DNA from: Mobula birostris
Taxonomy: Eukaryota
Direction: 5' to 3'
DNA: 64,000 nt
Assembly: GCF_030028105.1 (NCBI RefSeq)
Contig: NC_092370.1
Location: 185,548,005 to 185,612,004 of the forward strand
Shown: in pieces, positions 39,202-51,443 of the stretch
How positions within the stretch are numbered: the stretch's first letter is position 1
Layout of the letters: the number at the start of each line of letters is the position of its first letter
Translations under genes and position numbers: made by a program
The notes under the pieces: generated by a model
What the model was told of the DNA's origin: nothing
Databases searched by the model: none
Seen by the model: the letters and a program-made list of their open reading frames with translations, nothing else

Positions 39202-42200
39202 TACCATGTGCGAGTCAGGGCAGGAACAGGATGATAGTACAGATGAATGAGTGGCTGAGAAACTGGTGCAGGGGTGGGGGGCAGGGATCTATTCGGAAGA
39301 TGTGACAGGTACAAGAAGGGCAGGTTACACCTGAACCCAAGGGGACCAACATTCTCGCAGGCAGGTTTGCTATAACTGTTGGAGAGGGTTTGGGAACCGG
39401 ACTGATAGGCTGAAGATGGGGCAGTTGCTATACAAGTCAATGCAGTGTGTAGAGATAATAGGGCAAAATTGCAATCAGTGGGATGAGTTGAAATGAAATA
39501 TGGTGGCAAAAATCAAAAAGGGTGATGGGTACAGGACTGAAATGTGTTATATTTGAATGCACACAGTATATGGAATAAGGTAGATGATCTTGTAGGATAG
39601 TTAAAGGTTGTCAGGTATGGCATTGTGGGCATCACTGAGTTCTGGCTGAAAGAAGATCATAGTTGGGAGCTTAACATCCAAGTGTACATAATATATTAAA
39701 AGTACAGGCAGGTGGAGGGGGTAGGTGACTCTGTTGCTCAAAAATGAAATCAAATCATTAGAAAGAGGTGCCATAGAATGGGAAGATGTAAAATCCTTGT
39801 GGATAGAGTTAAGAGACTGCAAGGGTAAAAAGCCCCTGATGAAAGTTATATACAGACCTCTGATACAAATTACAGCAAGAGATAGAAAAGGCATGCAAAA
39901 GGGGCAATGTTACAATAGTCATAGGGATTTCAACATGCAGGTAGATTGGTGCTGGAACATGAGAGGAAATTTGTAGACTGCCTACAAGATGGCTTATGGT
40001 TGAGCTGACTAGGGGAAAGGCTATTCTGGATTGGGTTATGTATGATGAACTGGATTTGATTAGGGATCTCAAGGTAAAGGAAACCTTAGGAGGAGGTGAT
40101 CATAACATGATCAAATTCACTCTGCAATTTAAGAGGAAGAAGATAAAGTCAGAAGTAACAGTATTACAGTGGAGTAGAGGGAATTGTAGAGGCATGATAG
40201 AGGAGCTGGCTAAAGTTGATTGGAGGCGGACAACAGCGGGGATGGCAGCAGAACACGAAAGGCTGGAGTTTCTGGGAGCAATTCTGAAGGCGTAGGACAG
40301 ATGAATCTCAAAGATGTAGTAGTATTCTAAAGAGAGGACGAGGCAAACATGGCTGACAAGGCAAGTCAAAGACAGCATAAAAGCAAACGAGAGGGCATAT
40401 ATAGCAAAAATTAGTGGGAAGTTGGAGGAACGGGAAGCTTTCTAAAAACCAACAGAAGGCAACGAATAGTCATAAAGAAAGAAATAATGAAATATGAAGG
40501 TAAGCTATCTGATAGTATCAAAGATACCTAAAGTTTTCTCAGATATACTGTATAAAGAGGCAAGGGTGGATAGTCATCAGTTGGAAAATGATGTGGTGGT
40601 AGTATTGGAGGACAAAGTAATGGCAGACAAACTTAGTATTTTGCATCATTCTTCACAGAAGCAGCATGCCAGAAATCTGAGTGCCAGGGCCAGAAGTGAG
40701 AGTAGTTGCTATTATTAAGGAGAAGCTGAAAGGTCTAAAGGTACCCTGAGTTCTGAAAATGGCAGCTAAATTGATTGTCGAGGCATTAGTAATGATCCTT
40801 CACAAATCACTAGATTCTGGAATGGTTCCAGAGGACTGGAAAATTGCAAATGTCACTCCACACGTTAAGAAGGGAGGGAAGCAGAAGTAAGGAAATTGGA
40901 GGCCAGATAGTCCAACTTAAATGGTTGGGAAGATATTTGAGTCCATTATTAAAGATGAGGTTTCAGGATACTTGGAGGCACATGAGAAAATAAGCCGAAG
41001 TCAGCATGGTTTTCTCTAGGGGAAATCTTGCCAGACAAATCCGTTGGAACTCTTTGTGAAATAACAGGCAGGAGTGACAAAGGAGAGTCAATGGATGTAG
41101 TTAAATTGAATTTTCAAGGTTCCATACACAAGGCTGCTTAACAGGATAAGAACCCATGGTATTACAGTAAAGATGCTAGTATGGATAGAAGATTGGCTGA
41201 CTGGCAAGAGGCAAAGAGTGGGAATAAAGGGGGCCTATTATAGTTGGCTGCTGGTGACAAATAGAGTTCCGCAAAGGCTGAATTTGGGACTACTCCTTTT
41301 CACGTTCTATCTCAATGATTTGGATGACAGAATTGATGGCTTTATGCCCAAGTCTGCAGATGATGAAGATAGGTGGAGGAGCTGATAATGTTGAGAAAAC
41401 AGGGAGTCTGCAGGACTTAGATTAGGAGAATGTGCAAAGAATACAGTGTCAGGGAGTGTATGGTCACATGCTTCAGTCAAAGGAATAAAGGTGTAAACCA
41501 TTTTCCAAATGGGGGAAAAAAAAAATCAGAGATGCAAAGAGACTTGGGGGTCCTCGTGCAGAATTCCCTAAAAGTTAACTTGCAGGTTGGCTTGGTGGTA
41601 AGTTAAGGCAAATGCAATGTTAGCATTCATTTTGAGAGGACTAGAATATTAAAAAATAGGATATGATGCTGAAGCTTTATAAGGTATTGATCAGGTAGCA
41701 TGTGGAATATTTTGAGGAGTGTTGGGCCTTTTCTCCAAGAAAAGATGTGCTGGCATTGCAGGAGAGGTTCATAAGAACGATTCCAGGAATGAAAGGGTTC
41801 ACGTATGAGGTCAATTTGGTGGCTTTGGGCCTGTACTCAATGGAGTTTAGAAAAATGAGGGGAAGTTCTCATTGAAACCTATTGAATATTTAAAGGCCAA
41901 GATAGAGTGGATGTGGAGAAGAGTTTTCCTATGCTGGGGGAGTCCAGGATCAGACGGCACAGCTTCAGAATAGAAGGATGTCCATTTAGAACAGACATGA
42001 GGAGGAATTTCTTTGCCAGGGGGTGGTGAATCTGTGGAATTCATTGCCACAGATGGCTATAAATGCCAACTCATTGAGTATAGTTAAAGCAGAGCTTGAT
42101 AAGTTCTTAGTTAGTCAGGGTGTCAAAGATTCCAGAGAGAAAGCAGGAAAATGGGGTTGAGGAATATTAAAATCAGCCATAATTGAATGGCAGAGCAGAC

Positions 42201-42559
42201 ACGATGGGCCAAAATGGCCTAATTCTGTTCCTATATTTTATGGTCTCACAATGTGGCAAGTACTTTCTGTGCTCCAGTGAAACCAGTCAGAATAAATTAT
42301 GCAAAAGGAAGACAGAAGTAAAGAAACACCACCACAAAGGAACATTACTAGTTATAATTAACAGGAGATCTTGATATTTGCATTTTGAGTGCAACAAAAA
42401 GTTTACAAGGCATTCTTTGCCTCTACTAAGGTCAAGATCAAATACTACCAAAAAATATCTTTTTCTTCCATTTTTTTTTAAACCAGCAAGTGAACCTTTG
42501 ACTTTTTTTTCCATGGTCCCTACATTCTGAATATTGACAGAGTTCACACTGTGAAACCA

Positions 42560-44561
42560 AATCTCAATATTAATATTTTATTTTACTTAAGTAACAGTTA
42601 ATTCTACAATATAAAATTATAAAAATACTTGAAGGTGAAAGAGAATGGATTCTTTTCCCATTGGAAATAGATCTATTTACAATTCATGGATAAATCATCC
42701 AATTTAGTTGTTTAAAACACAAATGCACTTTGTACCCCAACCTATTCAAAGACACCCCCCTCCCAAATTACAACTGGCTAGCAGTGAAAATTCATACTCC
42801 AGATCCCTTCCATTAATCTTTATCTTAAGTGGACACAATAGTAGCTTCAAGTTTCCACTAAAAATTAAAATTCTTCAGTGGCAAACAGTTAATCCTCCAT
42901 TTCTATGGCTAAACAGATCTTTCTTCAGTTTACATTTTCTGTAATTTAACAGTTCTTCCAAGTTATAAAAAGGAGACCAACTAAAAGTACCAAATATGAA
43001 ATTCAGTAACTAAAAAGTGATGTCACACAACTTTAAATTGAACTTCTATTAACATATGCTTTTTAGTACCTACCAGTATTAAACATTAATATGTGTCTGC
43101 CAAGAGAAAGCACACAATGACAACTAAGGTTCAGTATGCAAGCAGAAACACTGTCATTTCAACCAACACCAATAACCAATTAACTTACCATTTTTCAGCA
43201 TCTTTATCTAGTTACATTCATTGCAAGTTAAAAGATAATTAACTAACTCACCTTTGTTGACAACTGAAGATTAACTGAGCCATTTTACAATAACTGTATG
43301 CAAAGTCACCATTTGCCAATCACATTTAAAGGCTCATAGGATTCTAATTAGGAATAACTTAATTTGGAAAGAACAGCTTAGCTGTAAAACTGAAAACAAA
43401 AGCAAGGAACAAAGTTGTTCAGAAGAAATGCATGTATGTCCAGTGTGCATTCCAAGCAATTGTATTCACTTACTTGGGTAAATGGTTTCAATATTTTACC
43501 CCAAATTCTTGGGAGTTATGAACTCCTTGCCAAGAGCAACATTAGCTTGATTTAATTTCATCCTGGTCAATGTGGAAATAAATACATCATAAATCAAATA
43601 CACACCAAAAGCAAATACCGCAATGTTAGTAGTACTCAATTTCCTACATCACCTAAAAAAGTTGACTTCAATGTTTAAAAATTTAAAAATCACTTTTTAA
43701 AGAAATAGAAGCAAATACTTATTGTCCTGTTGGGAACAGAAGATTGACTTCTTCATTGAGATGACAATAGTAAACACCGTAGTTGAGCACCTGCCTCAGC
43801 ACAGAAAAGGGGAAAAGGTCTCCTTAAAGCCATATAAACCTTACTGGAATGTCAGCAAATCAGACAATATTTGAATAAATGAGAAAAAAAAACACACTCA
43901 GTTGCAGTTCATGCTATTAGGACAAAGTTCTGCCAAGGAACAATATATCTCTCAATATGGAGTACTGCCCTTTAATATAGCACTGTAGGATTTCCATTTA
44001 CTGAAGCATTGCTAACTGCACATGTGGTGAAATAATCATTACTCAAAAACAACTGAATGAAAGATCTGTAATGCAACAGCAAACCTAGTAGTGCTTTGGA
44101 ATAAAAGGGAACAAAATGAGAACAGGATAGTGGATGATGCAAAATATTCTTCTACATATAGTTTGAAAGATCACATTGTGTTAATTTGATGTTCACTGTA
44201 TTGCCATCACTTAGAACAATAGTTAAAAGTACCTAAATAGTGTGCCTGTTTAAGTCCTATGCAAACCTTAACATGAAACGTGATGACTCTGCCTGCTAGA
44301 ATTATTTTCTCCTGACATTATATTGGTTGAAATGTGAATTCAATCCTTGCACTGAATTTAAACCCCTTGAAAGAATGGTTCAAAGTTGAGCTATCAATAA
44401 CTTTTCCAAAGAAATGGATTTGTTATTCAACATGCAAACTCTGAAGAATTAAAAAATATTGTTGTGAACCTGTATTCAGTCACATTGGAAAACATACTGT
44501 ATACAAAATAAGAATATGTAACAAAGACACAACTTTGCTTAAAAAAAAATTGAAGGGTAGC
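42560..44561 (-). other. Putative 3'UTR of the Myb/SANT-like gene with poly(A) signal AATAAA at 42582-42577
   Basis: About 2 kb of AT-rich sequence with no recognisable TE, ending at a minus-strand AATAAA. Confidence 0.5.
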
Positions 44562-44908
44562 CTAAAATACTTTCCTTTCAGTTATTTCACTTTCAGTAGC
44601 TGTAGATGTGGAAGGAAAGTCCGCCATATTATGGCCCATCATCTGTCCTAGCATGAATAGAACGCGAGCTTCATGCTCTCTATCACTTTGCCTCATCCTC
44701 TCCTCCATTTCCATGCGGAGCTGCTCAAGACGAGCAAACCGTTCCTCTGATGCCTCCATGTAACGGAGAAATTTTTCATCTGCAGCTTCACTGTAGCGAA
44801 TGAACTTCTCCATCATCCCATCCATTATGTCCTCCAGTGAATGCTTCTTGGCTTTCTTCGGCTGAGGTGCAAATGGTAGAGATGAATGCATACGCCGAAC
44901 ACGGGGAG
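44562..44908 (-). CDS. Myb/SANT-like protein exon 2 (basic patch plus coiled-coil C-terminus); spliced protein 291 aa
   Basis: Acceptor gtgcttttgttttcag|CT in phase 1 joins exon 1 in frame; PKKAKK, then an E/R/M-rich helix ending DREHEARVLFMLGQMM; TAG at 44564-44562. Confidence 0.85.
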
Positions 44909-45909
44909 CTGAAAACAAAAGCACAACATATTTGAAATGTGCCTTACCTAAGCAAAAGAATGATGGCAAACCGAAAAATAATTAAATCATAGGAAACCAC
45001 GGATTTCCAGACATAATAGTAGTGGTGGACACATCCACCAAATATTATGTAGTTCTTATCCATAGTTGGTGTGAACTATCAAAACAATATTTTAATAATG
45101 CAGTCAAAATTAAGGCTTGTTGGTTTATTTATATTTTTCATTTTTACATTACTAAACAGTTCTCATAAGCTTTGATTATCAGATACACAAAAATAATTCA
45201 AAGGTCTCTGATATCAAGAAGCAGGTCCTAAGGGTCTGCTATTCAAAGGCTTCACAGGGCTGTAAAGACCTAACATTCAGGATAATCTTCCCTGAAGGCA
45301 AGTGGGCTTGTGCAATCAAAACACCATGGGAAAATGCCTGATTAAGCATGAACCAGCCTATTAGCAAGAAGACATATTCATTCTCTAATCACTGTCACGA
45401 ACCAGCAAATTTCAATCTTTCTCTTCACTAACCAACTCAACTCATTCGTTGCTTAAAGTCAGCTTAGAACGAAGATGAGAGTGCAGCACAGGAACAGGCC
45501 CTTCTCACTTTTAGAACAAATATTCAGGAAATCACACAGTTGTATCCAGCCTCAGTACATCTGCCATGGAATCATTCATCTATAGCCCCTAGTCTTGAAA
45601 ATTACAATGTGGTGGCATGCTAGTCTCCCACAGTCTACGCTTACACTCATTTTCAAACTCTGCCATGTTTTACTACTTTCCAACTCTGATATCCTTCATT
45701 TAGTAATTTCAAGATGTCTTTTTCTGGGCTTTTCATTATACCTGAATTTAATTGCTCCAACATTCATGCAATGCTTATATCCTTCAAAATGCTCTACAAA
45801 TGCTACTCCTTTAACCAATATTTTTGCTCTAAATTTCATTGGAGCTAGTGACAATAAGATCAACATGTGCTCTTATTTCTTATTTGATTACAGCAACATC
45901 AAAGCACCT

Positions 45910-46040
45910 GAGATTCAAGTTCATTTATTTATCACAAGTACATTGAAACATACGGCGAAATACATCCTTTGCATTAATAACCAACAGAATCCAAGGATGT
46001 GCTGGGGCAGCTCACAAGTGTCACCAGGCATTCTGGCGGT
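45910..46040 (-). mobile_element. SINE 3' tail fragment
   Basis: gattcaagttcatttatttatcacaagtacattgaaacatac...ggatgtgctggggcag, same tail as 12960 and 26452. Confidence 0.65.
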
Positions 46041-46779
46041 GAAGTTTTATAATGAAATTTCTGTACTCAAGTTAGCTGTCAACAAGGTACTTCGCAGTTC
46101 AAAAATTAAGAATGACACTAATTTTGAAGAAGGCAAGAGAAACAAAAACTTCAAAAGAGAGGATTCCAGGTTTGTTCCTACTCGAGTGTCATTGTGGGTA
46201 CCAGTGTCTGAATCTCTTAGTTTCTGATAAAGTAAGTTTGGCAAGACCGTGCTGTAAGCATTTGGTCTGGAATTAAGACCCCATTGCAAATAAGTTTCTC
46301 TATTCCTTCCTTACTGAACACTCCTCACTTAAATTTTCTCCCCATCGTGACACATAAGATTAGTTTGTTTTTGTCTGGGATCTGTGTCGGGTGAATGGAG
46401 GTCCTCCTTTGTCACACCAAACACCCAAGCTTGCAGGTTAGTGGCATAAACTCTGATCACTGTCACATGCTGTTTTCACTGGGAATGCATCAAAAGACAT
46501 TCAGTTCTTCAACAGGAGTTGTTAATTCAGCAAAGAAGCTCTTTATTGATGGTGAAGCCCACTTCATGAATGTAGCATTTTCTTCAGGCTTACTCCTACT
46601 TCCACTCCTCACTGAATTCTTAGAGCTAATTATTTATTGCCTAACAGAGCAGCCAGACCCCTTAAATTAAGAAAATAACACTGTCAACTAGAAATGTCTG
46701 ACTAGAAATAAATGAGTGAGGTGATTTTTCAACTAAAAGGTGAAGCCTCAGAAACAAAAGGTGTTCCAGCAGAAGTGAT

Positions 46780-48170
46780 AAAGCTTACAGTTAGAAAGTA
46801 CAGTCACTACATCTGAGAAGAGGTGAACATGTCAGGGGAACACAGACACTACAATCACAACCATCCTCAAGAGAGGAGTCAAATCTCACTGTGATGACCA
46901 CTGGCAGGAGAGCTGTTCAATAACCTATTGGATTCTGGAAGCACACCAAAACATGACTTTTGCTGCACAACAACTTCGAGATATATAGGAAACAGTGCCA
47001 ATGACTGTGACCTTTCTGAACCTTACTAAAACCTTCCAATACAGTAAATAGAAGACTATGAAGCACCCTCAAATTTGGCTTCCCACAGAAATTTATCTCC
47101 AACTTTTCTTCATGGCGGTATAAATGTCTTGATTTCAACCAATAATGCTAAAACAGGCCCAATCTCAGCACCACCACTCTTATAAGATCACCTCATTACT
47201 GTCACTCCCCCCACCCCAAATATTTTTTCCCTGTATGTTATCATCAACATGCTTTCAGCTGGAATGCAACTATTCAACACTACAATAGGATATTTAACCT
47301 GTGTCACTCCCCAGTCACCCCACCATCAGTCCTGTAGTTGCAGCTTGGGTCTATGCACACTGGAAGATTAATCCCCAAGACATTATTGACTAGTTCAATG
47401 AAGCCAAGAGGTTGGCCATACATCAATATCCATGATACAGGCATATTCTACCAAACTGCCAACACTACACAACAGCACCTTCCAGACCAAAAAAAAACCA
47501 ATGACAAAACAATGAAAAATGTAGTAGCACCTCTCAATGAAGTCAAACATCAATGATGAAACTCACCATGACTTCCATTGTCCACAATAACTTCAGCTGT
47601 CTAACAAAAATCATATCTGAAGATCAAGACCTTATAATCAACACAAAACCATGGTCTACCAGCAGTGATCTCTATCCTCCTATGTTTGACATACAGCACC
47701 TCAAAGCATTGAAAAGACTTAACCAACACTGTCTTCACTAAATTCTCCATGATCAGTATCCTTCACTAAATCTAGCATGATCAGTATCCTTCCTCAGAGC
47801 AACATCTACAACACCGAGAACTCAGTCTGTTCTGTTTGATAAGGCACATTGTTTGCATGGCCAATACCAGATTCCAAAACAAATATTCTACTATGGGCTG
47901 TCAAGGAGATTATTAGACACACAAAGTAATAGATTCAAAAATATTCCCAACATTCTTATTCAAATACAAAATCTGAACAAATTCCTGAGAATCCCTGACA
48001 CACAACTACGAGAGGTGAAGTATTCAGGAATCTGTTAGAACCTCAACCAATACAACGGGAGCCTATCAAAAACAGCAGGAGCAGCACTCTGGTTCACCAA
48101 CTACCACCCTGTCCATTTGTGGCAGAATCTCAAGGTCTTAAATGGCCATAAATAACTGGAATCATTTTTA
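46780..48170 (+). mobile_element. Highly degraded RTE-clade LINE in the intron of the Myb/SANT-like gene
   Basis: C-terminal remnant IPKQIFYYGL...RFKN resembles the RTE motif RxPKQxLYGEL...RFKD. Confidence 0.55.
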
Positions 48171-48619
48171 ATCTTGAGGGACTGCCTAAGAATAAAAGTA
48201 TTAATCATGCTCAAACTGTTGAATGGAATATCAAAAAGTAGGCAGCAAGCTCGCAGCAGTTATACCAGTTCTGAAAATACTTCAAGATTTATAGGAGCTG
48301 CACCCAATAGGTTAACAAAGAGTTACCCCCATTGCATTCTTGACTTGTGCCTTGCAGATGTTGGAAAGGCTCATGTCTCCATTTTTGTGATGAATTGCTA
48401 GTGGTACACTGAGTAATATCAGTTAACATCCTTACTTTTGATCCAAGATTAGTTCTACAAAGAAGTTAAGAGCAGTCACTTAGCTCATTGTATTTTTTTT
48501 CTTATGCTGTAATTGCAATAACAACTTATCATGCAAATTGGTTACCTTACTGCAACTTTACATGTTTACTACATACCCCCATAAATACAGTTCCAGCAGT
48601 CAACAGTACAGACACAAGC

Positions 48620-49080
48620 ACCGTCGCAGGAAAGCAGCATCCATCATCAGAGGCACCCACCACACTGGACATGCTCTCTTCTCACTGCTGCCATCAGAAA
48701 GGTGGTACAGGATCCTTAGGATTCACACCACCAGGTTCAGGAACAGTTATTGACTCTCAATCATTGGATCTTGAACCAAAGGGGATAGCTTCACTTGCCC
48801 CATCATTGAAATGTACCCACAACTTATGGACTCACTTTCAAGGACTCTTCATCTCATGTTGTTGATATTTATTGGTTATGCATTTATTATTTCCTTCTTT
48901 TTGTATTTATAGTTTGTTGTATTTTGTACACTGGTTGAACACCCAAATTGGTTCAATCTTTCATTGATTCTATTATGGTTATTATTTTATTATGGATTTA
49001 TTGAGTATACTGACAAGAAAATGAATCTTGGGTTGTATATGGTGACATATGTACTTGGATAATAAATTTAATTGAACTTT
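48620..49080 (+). mobile_element. Rex1/Babar LINE 3' end
   Basis: KAASIIRGTHHTGHALFSLLPSERWYR..TTRFRNSY; tail aataaatttaattgaacttt. Confidence 0.85.
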
Positions 49081-51443
49081 ATATTCACTTACCTCCAGGA
49101 GATATAGGTGTGAAACATCAGAAATAAAATTTATCAGAATTACATCACTAGTATCAGTTCACCAGTTGATCCTGGAGTGTAAAAATACAGTGGTAATCTT
49201 CACAAAATATACTATGGTAATATGATGAAAAGACTAAAATGTTCTGAATTATTGCAAGTATTTTATGTAATCTAGTTGTCCTTGCTGAACAAATTAACTT
49301 TGAATGGTTTTTTTGATTCTTGTGTTGTTGGCAGCTTTATGCAGTGGAACTATCAAGAATAGGAGTTACCAGCTAAGATTACCAGAGCTTCCAACAATGA
49401 AAACTGCACAGGCCCCTCAGTTGCTTCAAATAGTTGAGGGGAAGAAAAATAAAATGAGTTCCTTGAAAAAAAAAGGACCCACTTATGCAACATGGGTATA
49501 CAATGCCTACAAATTTGCACAAGATATCCATGTGTACACAATATATAGACTGGTATTAGAATCAAAGGACAATGGGATAAGAATTTTTTGACATTCTACC
49601 AGCTTTTTGTTTAGAAGGTGTCAGAAATCTGATATATAAAAGAAGAAAATGCTGGAAACACTCAGCCATTTCCGAAATGAGATGCTGGCAGAGTTTCAGA
49701 CCGTTTTCTTTTTCACAGTAGTGACCCCACTGCAACATCATAATACTTTTTTCTAATGATTGCAGGGAGTTTTGCCAACACCAGTCAGGATTCTATTCTG
49801 CACTTCTATAACTGAATAAGGTTACTAAAAATTCCGTTACCTTTAAACAAACTGAGATAAACAATGATTTCAAGGAAGATTCTTACTTATTTACCTCAGA
49901 TTATCCTTTCAGCTACTTTAATGGGCTCAAACTCAGAATGTAATTGTTTCTCATACCTCAGATCCCTGATCCACTAGGAACAGGCTTTTCTCTACTCTGG
50001 AGTGCTTGAATGCCTCCACTGGCAAGTCATTGGCTGGGATGTGTTTAGATGGCTGCAGCAAATGTTTCACACAGAACTCTTCAATAATGAAGCATATCTG
50101 TATGCAATGAAATATGTTCAATATTCAGTTTGGGTTGATAAGTAGCGGGAACACTCATACTACCAACATACCACGCAACGGCTATTCCTAACAAAAGAAT
50201 AAATCCAACCACAAACCTTGTCATTCAGCAACATCACTAATATTACAACTTCATCAATATTCTTACATACAGTGCATTGACGAGAAAATTGGACTACCGT
50301 TTAAGTAATTAACCCACAAAAACACAGCCTCGCTCACCAAAATCTTTCCAACATAAACAAGATCCAAGACAAGCTTGTATCATGATATTCTTCATTACGA
50401 GTTAAAACTCCAGAAAATGTAAAATATCATCCAAGTAAAAATGAAATACCAGTGAATGGCACCCGTTCCAAAAATATCCGTGCACTCCGGCGCCAATACG
50501 TACAATCAATCCAAAAGGTGCAACGTAATTATTCTGGATTATGTTTGTCAACACTGCCCAACCACGTTATCTCTCCCCAAAAAAAACGCACGGAAAATTA
50601 ACACGACAGTTATCCTACAAATCACAAATATTTAGTTAAGAAACAGTTATTTGTTCATAGCCAATAATTCAGAAATGGAAAATTCTTACCTAACAAGTTT
50701 GTGGAAGCGATTGCAGAGGTTCCCCGCCCCATCAAGAACAAGAGGAAAACAAATGTGTATTTGTCTTGCCTGCACACATGAATAATATGCCAGAATTCAG
50801 CACACTAGATAGGGGGACACCTGTACTAAAAGAGACCTTTATTTTTTAAAACCATGGAACATGGTCCATAATTTGAAATTTAAACTTGATTGGAGCGGTT
50901 TCTGAGAAGCGCTTAACATTTGATTGGACTCAACACAAGTGATTACTTAAGCTAAACGTTATTTACTCCTGAAAAACAATTCATAGTTAAATATGCCTCA
51001 AAATCATCTTGTTGTCATAGGCACAGGCACACTAAAAAGTCTACCAAGAATGAAAACGAACGTGTGACTAACGAATTAGAATACACGCAGACAAAAGAAC
51101 CCGTCAAAAGTACTGTTTGGCGAAGAATTACGGACATCAAGTTGTATTTGCAAACGTTAATTTGTGCGTCGAGAGTTCATAAATTTTAAAAATTGAGAAA
51201 TTGGGGATTGAGGCGTAGTTAACATAACAAGCTCAAGTTAATTTAGTGACTCAGATAAAAGCATGTGTTGGGGGATCAAGTTTATTACAACCTCCATTAT
51301 CGTTAGAAGTCTTCCTCTGCTTTCTAAATAGTTACTGAACTGTAACTTATTCGACAGGTAACGATTAGGACATTTCTACTTCCACACGCTGCACCAGTTT
51401 TAAACTAACATTTGCACTTTCTAAAAGAGGAAATTACACTTAC

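Larger units (their letters stand above)
37600..42250 (+). mobile_element. Near full-length degraded CR1 LINE interrupted by a Tigger element
   Basis: ORF1 SGNH-esterase motif AIVIGDSIVRG; ORF2 motifs ILDWV, DHNMIKF, PEDWKIANVTP, WIEDWLTG; tail ttatggtct. Confidence 0.92.

Noticed and set aside
45595-46227. 210-aa ORF as a possible Harbinger transposase partner
   Set aside because: No DDE_Tnp_4-type motifs (GxIDG, HD, DxGY); it runs through a SINE tail at 45910-46040.
47734-47793. Tandem duplication of about 27 bp (cttcactaaat...catgatcagtatc)
   Set aside because: Two-copy slippage inside a dead RTE relic; not an array.
49957-50097. 141-nt exon-like open segment in the Myb gene intron
   Set aside because: Open in phase 0 but has an early stop in phase 1, which the intron requires; weak polypyrimidine tract.
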